DNA from: Candidatus Spongiihabitans sp. | Lineage (GTDB): Bacteria > Pseudomonadota > Gammaproteobacteria > Arenicellales > Poriferihabitantaceae | Length of the DNA stretch: 64,000 nucleotides | Reading direction: 5' to 3' | Assembly (NCBI GenBank): GCA_965237725.1 | Contig: OZ250151.1 | Coordinates: 2,435,086-2,499,085 of the forward strand | Shown: piece by piece, positions 35,245 through 42,752 of the stretch | How the letters are laid out: every line of letters starts with the position of its first letter | How positions within the stretch are numbered: the stretch's first letter is position 1 | Notes under the pieces: model-generated | Databases searched by the model: none | Told to the model about the DNA's origin: nothing | The model's input: only the letters and a program-made list of their open reading frames with translations | Position numbers and translations under genes: made by a program

Positions 35245-35943
35245 TTAGGCGGCTCGCTTTTCCGCCATTTTTGCCTGAGCGGTCTCCACTGCCACTGCAG
35301 CGTCCCGACAGTAGGCATCAGCACCAATTGCGGCACCAAATTCTTCGTTAAGTGGCGCCCCGCCAACCAATACGATGTAGTCATCGCGCATACCCTTTTC
35401 AACCAGGGTATCGATTACAACTTTCATATAGGGCATGGTTGTGGTCAACAGCGCAGACATACCAATGATATCGGGCTTGTGCTCCTCGATGGCGTCCAGG
35501 TAACTATCAACCGCATTATCGATACCCAGATTGATTACCTCAAACCCCGCACCTTCCATCATCATTGCCACCAGGTTTTTACCGATATCATGGATATCGC
35601 CTTTAACCGTGCCGATTATCATTTTGCCGATGGGTTCAGCGCCGGTTTCCGCCAGCAAGGGTCTGAGAATGGCCATTCCCCCTTTCATCGCATTGGCTGA
35701 CATCAAAACTTCGGGAACGAACAGAATACCGTCACGAAAGTCGATACCAACAATACGCATGCCTTCAACCAGTGCGTCGTCGAGAACCTTGCTCGCAGTC
35801 CATCCGCGGCCTAATAAAATATTTGTGCCTTCTATTATTTCTTCGCGCAAGCCATCATAAAGATCGTCGTGCATTTGTTCGACAAGCTCGTCGTCGGGCA
35901 ACGAGGATAAATCTAGATCATCATCGTTATTTTCATCTACCAT
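35245..35943 (-). CDS. Corrinoid (cobalamin-binding) methyl-carrier protein, MtgC/MttC-like
   Basis: 232 aa. B12-binding helical cap plus a Rossmann domain with the DxHxxG motif (GDIHDIGKNLV) and GMSALLTTT. Strongly acidic N-terminal extension MVDENNDDDLDLSSLPDDE. Confidence 0.9.
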   Translation of the reverse strand: MVDENNDDDLDLSSLPDDELVEQMHDDLYDGLREEIIEGTNILLGRGWTASKVLDDALVEGMRIVGIDFRDGILFVPEVLMSANAMKGGMAILRPLLAETGAEPIGKMIIGTVKGDIHDIGKNLVAMMMEGAGFEVINLGIDNAVDSYLDAIEEHKPDIIGMSALLTTTMPYMKVVIDTLVEKGMRDDYIVLVGGAPLNEEFGAAIGADAYCRDAAVAVETAQAKMAEKRAA

Positions 35944-36263
35944 TTCAAAATCCTGTCAAAAGTTTAGGAACAAAAGTTTTATTACGGTTTTCTTCGCATC
36001 GGGCACGAAAAATCATCGGCGAAATATACAAATCTACTACGAATAGAATTGTCGCCGCCGCGACATTACGAATCAAAATCGCGACGCCTATTCTAGGGCG
36101 ATTTTTTCCGAAATTTACGTTCTAGCTGCGACAATATTTCACCATTTTATTACGCTTATGTGTAAATCCAGCTGAAAATTCAAACAATTCAGGCTGTTAG
36201 GTCACTTCAACTTCTATAAACGGCCTGCTCCAGAGCAATACCTTCAACGGCCAATTTGGCTCG

Positions 36264-36827
36264 TTAAACTTTCACATTCTGGATGATTTTAAACAGATTG
36301 CCTTTTCCGGCTTTGAGTTCTTCTTCGCTTAAGTCCTGAACTTCGTGGGGAAAAACCAACCATTTATCGGTATTTCGCAAATAATAATCCGGCTCCCGAT
36401 CGGTTTTGTTGTTACCCGGCTTAAACCATGGCGCCGCAACCTTGATCTGTGACGGCGTATTTTTTCGAGTCCGCGCGGTGAGCTGCTCGATAACCGCTTT
36501 GATGCTGCGACCGGAGTCATAGACGTCATCCACTATTAACAATGCATTTTCCGAATTGAGGTTCTTGACCAGATAATCCAGGCCATGAACCCGGACTTTT
36601 TTGCTGGTAGACGAGATACCGGTGTATAACGAAGTCCGAACACTGATGTGGTCGGTGGAAATTCCAAAATATTCCAGCATTTCCTGGATCGCAATGCCTA
36701 CTGGTGCGCCGCCACGCCAGATGCCGACAATAAAATCGGGACGAAACCCGCTTTCAATGATCTGGCTGCCAAGCTGGTAGGAATCCTCGAGCAACTCCTG
36801 GGCGCTAATATAATGTTTTTCGGACAT
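36264..36827 (-). CDS. Phosphoribosyltransferase family protein (purine PRTase-like)
   Basis: PRPP motif LLIVDDVYDSGRS. The ORF track extends to 36896, but ATG 36827 (MSEKHYISAQELL) fits the family N-terminus better. Confidence 0.8.
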   Translation of the reverse strand: MSEKHYISAQELLEDSYQLGSQIIESGFRPDFIVGIWRGGAPVGIAIQEMLEYFGISTDHISVRTSLYTGISSTSKKVRVHGLDYLVKNLNSENALLIVDDVYDSGRSIKAVIEQLTARTRKNTPSQIKVAAPWFKPGNNKTDREPDYYLRNTDKWLVFPHEVQDLSEEELKAGKGNLFKIIQNVKV

Positions 36828-37068
36828 AGAAGATGACAGGTTGTAGTCGGTTAGATGATTTCTGGCTGCAATACCATTTCCCATTGAGTGTATCAATTGA
36901 GCCCGAATAATACGATGGTGTTTAAACTAACAAACAGAAATCTAATTCTGAAATCTGGGGAAAATCTGGGGACATAATACTCAATTAAAAACGAACGGGA
37001 TGGCGCTTATAATTATTGTTTATTGTGTCACCAGGATACTCTCTCGAATTCAATGGCTGGGAAATATA

Positions 37069-37155
37069 TGGTACCCGGGGCCGGACTTGAACCGGCACGA
37101 TGTTTCCATCGAGGGATTTTAAGTCCCTTGCGTCTACCAATTCCGCCACCCGGGC
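37069..37155 (-). tRNA. leuZ: tRNA-Leu (anticodon UAA)
   Basis: Minus strand GCCCGGGTGGCGGAATTGGTAGACGCAAGGGACTTAAAATCCCTCGATGGAAACATCGTGCCGGTTCAAGTCCGGCCCCGGGTACCA. It has a long variable arm, a CTTAAAA anticodon loop and an encoded CCA, and is close to E. coli leuZ. Confidence 0.92.
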
Positions 37156-37590
37156 ATTAGGGCTAATTTGCGTTAGGCCTGATAGTGCCTTTAAAACAAA
37201 CTGTAGACGCAGGCGTCTACTCATATCAACTTGGCCACCACCAAAACATTGTAGGTCTGATAGCACCTTGACTGCGAATTGTAGACGCTTGCGTCTACGC
37301 TTACCATTTTTGGCCACCACCCGGGCATTAGGGCTAATTTGCGTTAGGCCTGATAGTGCCTTTAAAACAAACTGTAGACGCAGGCGTCTACTCATATCAA
37401 CTTGGCCACCACCAAAACATTGTAGGTCTGATAGCACCTTGACTGCGAATTGTAGACGCTTGCGTCTACGCTTACCATTTTTGGCCACCACCCGGGCATT
37501 AGGGCTAATTTGCGTTAGGCCTGATAGTGCCTTTAAAACAAACTGTAGACGCAGGCGTCTACTCATATCAACTTGGCCACCACCCGGTAC
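37146..37590. repeat. Tandem repeat, 171-bp unit x ~2.6; copies are identical by eye; built of tRNA-Leu 5'-half-like sub-units with GTAGACGC/GCGTCTAC hairpins
   Basis: The anchor cattag recurs at 37155, 37326 and 37497 (period 171). Five perfect 8+8 inverted repeats lie at 37203-20, 37281-98, 37374-91, 37452-69 and 37545-62. The first copy overlaps nt 1-10 of tRNA-Leu. Confidence 0.92.
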
Positions 37591-37627
37591 TATCCGTTAG
37601 CGCGTAATAAACCAATGAAAATAAAAA

Positions 37628-37701
37628 TGGAGGCTGAGCCCGGAATCGAACCGAGGTCAACGGCTTTGCAGGCCGCTGCATAACCACTCTGCCACTCAGC
37701 C
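37628..37701 (-). tRNA. cysT: tRNA-Cys (anticodon GCA)
   Basis: Minus strand GGCTGAGTGGCAGAGTGGTTATGCAGCGGCCTGCAAAGCCGTTGACCTCGGTTCGATTCCGGGCTCAGCCTCCA. Cloverleaf with a CTGCAAA anticodon loop. Confidence 0.92.
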
Positions 37702-37757
37702 CCAGAATCGATACCAGTGCGCTTCTATAACAAAGTCTGGCTACGCATGAATCAAAA

Positions 37758-37832
37758 TGGAGCGGGAAACGAGATTCGAACTCGCGACCCCAACCTTGGC
37801 AAGGTTGTGCTCTACCACTGAGCTATTCCCGC
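37758..37832 (-). tRNA. glyW: tRNA-Gly (anticodon GCC)
   Basis: Minus strand GCGGGAATAGCTCAGTGGTAGAGCACAACCTTGCCAAGGTTGGGGTCGCGAGTTCGAATCTCGTTTCCCGCTCCA. Nearly identical to E. coli glyW as I recall it. Confidence 0.92.
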
Positions 37833-37902
37833 ATATATGGCATAGTGAACATGAGGGGTGTTGATTCTATGCACGCATTGACAACTGTCAATAGCTATCC
37901 GG

Positions 37903-38496
37903 TTATTTTGCCACAATATCGTTCTTTTCAAGCAGAAACGGCATGGCTGCGCGCAAATAAACCCACATCGACCAGATTGTCAGTACGGCAGCGACATAAA
38001 ATGCTATCTCCCCAATTCTGAAAATTGGTATGCCATAAATTGGAATGCCGTATAGCAAAATCCCGATAGACACCATTTGAAAAACGGTTTTTATCTTTCC
38101 GAGGGGGCCAACGGCGACATATCCGCGCTCCCCAAGCTCTGCCATCCACTCCCGCAGCGCAGAAATGACAATTTCCCGGCCAATAATGATACAAACCGCA
38201 ATGGCAAAAGGCAGGGGATGTAATACTTTATGCAGGACATTGAGATCTGAAACCAGTAATACCAGAGCAGTGGAAACAATCAACTTATCCGCCACGGGAT
38301 CGAGAAATGCCCCCAATTTGGACATGGCATTGAGTTTCCTTGCCAGATAACCATCGAGCCAGTCGGTTATTGCCGCGAGGACAAATACCCCACAAACCAG
38401 GATTTCTCGATTTTTTTCGACCCAGAAATACACAACTACCAGTACGGGTATGAGCAAAATTCTAAATAATGTCAGCAGATTTGGAATATTGAGCAT
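37903..38496 (-). CDS. pgsA: CDP-diacylglycerol--glycerol-3-phosphate 3-phosphatidyltransferase
   Basis: 197 aa. CDP-alcohol phosphatidyltransferase motif DWLDGYLARKLN...GAFLDPVADK. uvrC-pgsA-tRNA order as in E. coli. Confidence 0.95.
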   Translation of the reverse strand: MLNIPNLLTLFRILLIPVLVVVYFWVEKNREILVCGVFVLAAITDWLDGYLARKLNAMSKLGAFLDPVADKLIVSTALVLLVSDLNVLHKVLHPLPFAIAVCIIIGREIVISALREWMAELGERGYVAVGPLGKIKTVFQMVSIGILLYGIPIYGIPIFRIGEIAFYVAAVLTIWSMWVYLRAAMPFLLEKNDIVAK

Positions 38497-38614
38497 AGTT
38501 GTCGGCTGAATGTTTTAGAAATAAATGAATAAGAAGAACAAATTGGATTAGTCCATGAGTGTAAGAGATTCCATAGCTAACGGGAATGGTGATTTATCAA
38601 AAACCCGCAATTAC

Positions 38615-40456
38615 TCATGAATGAAATTGATTGTATATACGTTGGGCCAATGTTGGGCTGATCCCCTGTACTTTGGTCAGGTCTTCTACGCCGGCACGCT
38701 TGATTTCCTGCATGCCACCAAAATATCGGAGCAGATTTCGTCGCCTTTTATCCCCGACACCATCAATGTTCTCCAGGGGTGACGATGTCCTGGCTTTGGA
38801 ACGCTGCTGGCGATGGCTGGTAATGGCAAATCGGTGAGCTTCATCCCGGATACGCTGGACCAGATGAGAAGCTGCGGAAGTGCCTTTGGGCTGAATGGGA
38901 TTTTTTCTATGCAGCAAATGAAACTGTTCCTCACCGGCCTTGCGCAGCGGCCCCTTTGAAACTCCCATTAATATAACCGCGTCCACAATTTGTAATTCTT
39001 CAAACACTTTTTGGGCAATGCCAAGCTGACCCTTACCGCCATCGATCAAAACCAGATCGGGCAACTTACCGTCGTTCTCAATAACCCGTTGGTACCGACG
39101 GGTCAACACTTGCTCCATGGCGGCGTAATCATCGCCACCCTGAATTCCTGTGATGTTATAGCGCCGATAGTCTGACTTAACCGCGCCCTGATCATCGAAT
39201 ACAACGCAGGAACCCACCGTGCGCTCGCCCATGGTATGGCTGATATCAAAACATTCGATTCGTCCCGGCACTTCATCGAGTTTCAACAAATCTGCAAGGG
39301 CGGCAAACTGGGCCGTAATCTGGCTGCGTTCATTTAGATGTCGCCGCAGGTTATCCGCGGTATTAATCCGCGCAGATTCAATCCAGCGTGCGCGGTAGGA
39401 TCGACATTGTTGTTTGATTTCAACTTTGGATTTGTTCTCAATGGAAAAAACCTGCTGTAGCGAACTTCGGCTTTCGATATTCTCGCTCAACAAAATCTCG
39501 GGCGGAATCACACGACCGAGATAGTTCTGGGGCAGGAAGGCTTCGAGCAATTGCGACTCGGTAAGATCGAGGGGATTTTTCTGAATGTGAAAGCGTGCGC
39601 CCAAATTGCGGCCATTCCTGATGGATACCACACCAAAACAAACCAGCCCGGACTCCGCTGCCACCGCCACTACGTCAGCATCATTGGAATCCGAAGACAC
39701 ATATTGTTTTTCACGAATTCGTTGCAATAGGGCGATGCGATCACGATATAGCGCCGCGGTTTCAAAGCTCAATTCTGATGAGGCGGTTTCCATTCTATTG
39801 CTGAGCTCGTCCATCAATTTGGAATCTTCACCGGCCAGCATGGCCTTTGCCTGACGAATATCCTCCAGATAATCTTTTTGTTCGATGCGACCAACGCAGG
39901 GTGCGCTGCAACGTTTGATCTGATGCTGCAAACAAGGCCGTGAACGGTTTCTGAAAAAAGCATCGTCACACTGACGCAGCTGAAAAATTTTGTTTAAATG
40001 GCCCAGCATTTCACGTACCGCTCCAGCGTTAGGATAGGGGCCATAATATTTCCCCGGCCGTGACCGACGACCACGATAAAATCCAAATCGCGGAAAGGCA
40101 TCGTCTTCGGTCAGACGAATATAGGGGAAACTTTTATCATCGCGCAGAGAAATATTGTAACGTGGGCGTTTGTCCTTGATCAGATTGTTTTCCAGTAACA
40201 GCGCTTCGCTTTCTGTGCGCGTCTGCTGAGTCTCAGCATTGGCAATTTTGGACACCATCAGCTGGGTCTTTGGCGTCAGTCCGGTGCTCCTGAAATAACT
40301 CTGCAATCGCTTTTTCAAATTTCGGGCTTTGCCAACGTAAAGGGCTTTGCCTTCGTTATCATAAAACACATAGACACCAGGCATCGCGGAAGCGGTTTCC
40401 AGAAAAGTTTTTGAATCAAAATCCGAATTTGAGTTTTCAGTAGCGGAATCGGTCAA
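38615..40456 (-). CDS. uvrC: Excinuclease ABC subunit C
   Basis: 613 aa. N-terminal GIY-YIG (PGVYVFYD...ALYVGKA), a UVR domain, an RNase H-like endonuclease domain and a C-terminal HhH. Confidence 0.95.
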   Translation of the reverse strand: MTDSATENSNSDFDSKTFLETASAMPGVYVFYDNEGKALYVGKARNLKKRLQSYFRSTGLTPKTQLMVSKIANAETQQTRTESEALLLENNLIKDKRPRYNISLRDDKSFPYIRLTEDDAFPRFGFYRGRRSRPGKYYGPYPNAGAVREMLGHLNKIFQLRQCDDAFFRNRSRPCLQHQIKRCSAPCVGRIEQKDYLEDIRQAKAMLAGEDSKLMDELSNRMETASSELSFETAALYRDRIALLQRIREKQYVSSDSNDADVVAVAAESGLVCFGVVSIRNGRNLGARFHIQKNPLDLTESQLLEAFLPQNYLGRVIPPEILLSENIESRSSLQQVFSIENKSKVEIKQQCRSYRARWIESARINTADNLRRHLNERSQITAQFAALADLLKLDEVPGRIECFDISHTMGERTVGSCVVFDDQGAVKSDYRRYNITGIQGGDDYAAMEQVLTRRYQRVIENDGKLPDLVLIDGGKGQLGIAQKVFEELQIVDAVILMGVSKGPLRKAGEEQFHLLHRKNPIQPKGTSAASHLVQRIRDEAHRFAITSHRQQRSKARTSSPLENIDGVGDKRRRNLLRYFGGMQEIKRAGVEDLTKVQGISPTLAQRIYNQFHS

Positions 40457-40459
40457 AAC

Positions 40460-41119
40460 TTATTCTCTCAATTCCCGGGCAATGGTTTTGAATACATCGT
40501 GGAACATGGACTCGGTTAATCGCTTTGTCTGGGTATTGTATCTGCTGCAATGATAACTGTTAATTAACTTGATGCCGTTGTCCAGAGCATGCACCTGGTT
40601 ATGACCGAATTTATATTGATTCAATTTATAACCATAAGAACGTAACAAAGAGCGGTGGGCCAGGCCGCCAAGGGCGAGGATAATTTTCAAATCGGTCTGG
40701 GCGATTTCGGCGGTCAAAAAATGATTGCAGTTTTTTTCTTCATCACCTACGGGTTTATTTTGGGGCGGCAAGCATTTTACCGCATTGGTTATTCGGCAGT
40801 TGGTTAAGCATAATTCATCCTCGGCATGGCTGGATTGTGGATGGGAGGCATAGCCAAACTTATGCAAGGTTTCATACAGCAACACGCCGGCATAATCTCC
40901 GGTAAATGGTCGGCCCGTTGCATTGGCGCCATGTTTACCCGGCGCGAGCCCCACAACCAGCAACTGTGCCTGGGGATCACCAAATGGCGGCACAGGCTTA
41001 CAAAAATAATCACTATGCTCGGCCTTGACCGCATCCAGAAACTCACTCAGTCGTGGGCATTGTCGACAATCGGCGTCATACCACTGATCTGGCATTGCCG
41101 GGTTGTTGCCTGATGTCAT
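40460..41119 (-). CDS. Uracil-DNA glycosylase superfamily protein, Fe-S family 4/5 type (UdgB-like GLAPG motif)
   Basis: CRQCPRL and LLVVGLAPGKHGANATGRPFTGDYAG motifs. The ORF track extends to 41200, but I prefer ATG 41119 (MTSGNNPAMPDQW), which avoids overlap with the efp start region. Confidence 0.8.
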   Translation of the reverse strand: MTSGNNPAMPDQWYDADCRQCPRLSEFLDAVKAEHSDYFCKPVPPFGDPQAQLLVVGLAPGKHGANATGRPFTGDYAGVLLYETLHKFGYASHPQSSHAEDELCLTNCRITNAVKCLPPQNKPVGDEEKNCNHFLTAEIAQTDLKIILALGGLAHRSLLRSYGYKLNQYKFGHNQVHALDNGIKLINSYHCSRYNTQTKRLTESMFHDVFKTIARELRE

Positions 41120-41171
41120 TGTGAATACAATCCTCCCCTCATTAAATTGCTCAACCACTGGAATAAGCCTC

Positions 41172-41732
41172 ATGAAAATCTCAGCCTTCGAAACCCGCAT
41201 CGGTAACCTGATGGAGTATCAGGGTAAATTGTGGCGTATCCTCAAGAAAAACCACGTCAAACCCGGCAAGGGCGGTGCATTTGTCCAGCTTGAGATGAAG
41301 TGTATCAGTGATGGCACCAAACTCAATGAGCGATTTCGGTCAGAGGAAAAAATGGACAAAGCCCATGTGGAACCGCGCAATATGCAATACCTTTATCTCG
41401 ACGGCGAAAACTATGTATTCATGGATAATGAAAGTTATGAACAGATGACTATTTCTGCTGATGACCTGGAAGCCGAGGCGCCCTATTTATTGCCCAATAC
41501 CGATGTGCAGATCAATTTTCATGACGACAACCCCATTGGCGTTGAGCTGCCTCAATGGGTGGCCTTGGAAGTGGTGGAAACCGATGGGGTGGTCAAAGGC
41601 CAAACCGCATCAGGCAGTGGCAAACCCGCCACACTGGAAACCGGTCACAAGGTCACCGTGCCGACGTTCATAACCGTGGGTGAGAAAGTCAAAGTCAATA
41701 CCGATACTGGGGAGTATATGGAAAGGGCGTAA
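41172..41732 (+). CDS. efp: Elongation factor P
   Basis: 187 aa from ATG 41172 (MKISAFETRIGNLMEYQGKLW...); the track's upstream extension is unlikely. The KPGKGGAFVQ loop carries the conserved Lys. Three-domain EF-P length. Confidence 0.9.
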   Translation: MKISAFETRIGNLMEYQGKLWRILKKNHVKPGKGGAFVQLEMKCISDGTKLNERFRSEEKMDKAHVEPRNMQYLYLDGENYVFMDNESYEQMTISADDLEAEAPYLLPNTDVQINFHDDNPIGVELPQWVALEVVETDGVVKGQTASGSGKPATLETGHKVTVPTFITVGEKVKVNTDTGEYMERA

Positions 41733-41755
41733 CAGTGATTGATTAATGGTTCCCG

Positions 41756-41917
41756 GATATTGCTGCGCAATTCCGGGATGACGTCGAGGATATCGCTTCG
41801 CAATTCCGGGATGACGTCGAGGATATCGCTGCGCAATTCCGGGATGACGGTGGGGGATATTGCTGTGCGATTCTGGGATGACGGTGAGGGATATCACAGT
41901 GTGATTCCAGGAGGACG
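41756..41917. repeat. Tandem repeat, 33-34-bp unit x ~5 (GATATYGCTGCGCAATTCCGGGATGACGTCGAG)
   Basis: Units at 41756-88, 41789-821, 41822-55, 41856-89 and 41890-917 decay progressively toward the right. It begins 24 bp after the efp stop. Confidence 0.88.
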
Positions 41918-42030
41918 AAGAGCATCGTTAGGTTTTAGGCGAAAATTGTATCGTTTGAACATTTTGGCCCCTGCTCGAAAGAATCATTATCCTCAGGGGA
42001 ACTCGCCGCCTCAAACACTCACCCCTCGTC

Positions 42031-42051
42031 ATTCCGGACTTGATCCGGAAT
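42031..42051. repeat. REP-like hairpin ATTCCGGA-cttga-TCCGGAAT, preceded by CGTCATTCCGGA (related to the CGTCATCCCGGAAT core of the 33-bp repeat)
   Basis: A perfect 8-bp stem and 5-nt loop, seen directly. Confidence 0.5.
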
Positions 42052-42083
42052 CCATCAAAAAGATTTTTGGGTGTTGAAAAAAC

Positions 42084-42752
42084 TTAATCGTTGTCATTAA
42101 GCCCAGCACCTGCACCGGCAAGGCGTGACGCTTCGCTGGCTTCCACATAAGTGCGATGGGCATAAATTTCCAGCTGCTTCCAGGATTTTAGATTTACTTC
42201 AGCATCACCAATGTTCATAGGAATGTCTTTGGTATCCGCCGATATAGAAATTTGGGTATAGCTGATTTGGCCCACCAATTTCATATCAATATCTTCTGTG
42301 TTCCCAGTTACCACAAGCACGTCGCGGTTGAGCTGCATGGTCACCGACGACCATTTCAGCGCCACAGACTGGTCCGAGGTTAACGCCGTCTGACCTAAAA
42401 ATCCTGCAGTGATTAACGGCCATGCAATGGGCCCGACCGTAATGGTTCGCTCCGCCATTGTGTTAATGCAGTCACACAGACTAATACCCGCCATAATTGG
42501 GCTAAGCACACCCCGCTGGCTGGTCCAGATTCCCTCCAGGGATTGGGGCGCATAGTCCAGGTGATGGTGATGATCGTATTCCTCAAACAATCCACATAAA
42601 CTGGTCACACCATCAAATCCATAAACATGCAACCAGCGTATGGCCTTGCCTACTTCGTCAGCGATACCCCAGGGCAGACCACAGCCTTTGGCCGCCTTGC
42701 GGCAGGTGTGTTCAATTTCGCCCAGGGAACGCATATTCTTTGACTTGCTCAA
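42084..42752 (-). CDS. Hypothetical protein (reminiscent of DUF3726-type proteins; unverified)
   Basis: 222 aa from TTG 42752, which overlaps the upstream stop, or 216 aa from ATG 42734 (MRSLGEIEHTCRKAAKGCGLPWGIADEVGKAIRWL). No catalytic motif recognised. Confidence 0.5.
   Translation of the reverse strand: MSKSKNMRSLGEIEHTCRKAAKGCGLPWGIADEVGKAIRWLHVYGFDGVTSLCGLFEEYDHHHHLDYAPQSLEGIWTSQRGVLSPIMAGISLCDCINTMAERTITVGPIAWPLITAGFLGQTALTSDQSVALKWSSVTMQLNRDVLVVTGNTEDIDMKLVGQISYTQISISADTKDIPMNIGDAEVNLKSWKQLEIYAHRTYVEASEASRLAGAGAGLNDND

Noticed and set aside
35944-36263. Cobalamin riboswitch in the 320-bp region upstream of the corrinoid operon
   Set aside because: I could not find a B12-box-like GCCACTG core or the expected conserved helices on the minus strand. 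Only short inverted repeats were seen (GTCGC..GCGAC, AAATCGC..GCGATTT). A covariance-model scan would be needed to exclude it fully.
37146-37590. CRISPR array, considered for this tandem repeat and for 41756-41917
   Set aside because: The units are directly abutting with no unique spacers. The unit sizes and structure do not fit CRISPR, and there are no cas genes in the window.
36985-37600. ORFs of 193 aa (minus) and 166 aa (plus) with internally repeated peptide sequences
   Set aside because: They are read-through of the 171-bp (57-codon) tandem DNA repeat, and they overlap the tRNA-Leu gene. They have no start context and no protein-like composition beyond the repeat.
36897-38614. Integrated island or prophage at the tRNA cluster
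   Set aside because: There is no integrase, no phage genes and no 3'-tRNA direct repeat. The only anomaly is the internal tandem array, and it duplicates the 5' part of tRNA-Leu, not the 3' part.
41610-42077. ORFs encoding RHPGIAQRYP-type peptide repeats downstream of or overlapping efp
   Set aside because: They are an artefact of the 33-bp (11-codon) tandem repeat keeping frames open on both strands. One overlaps the efp 3' end.
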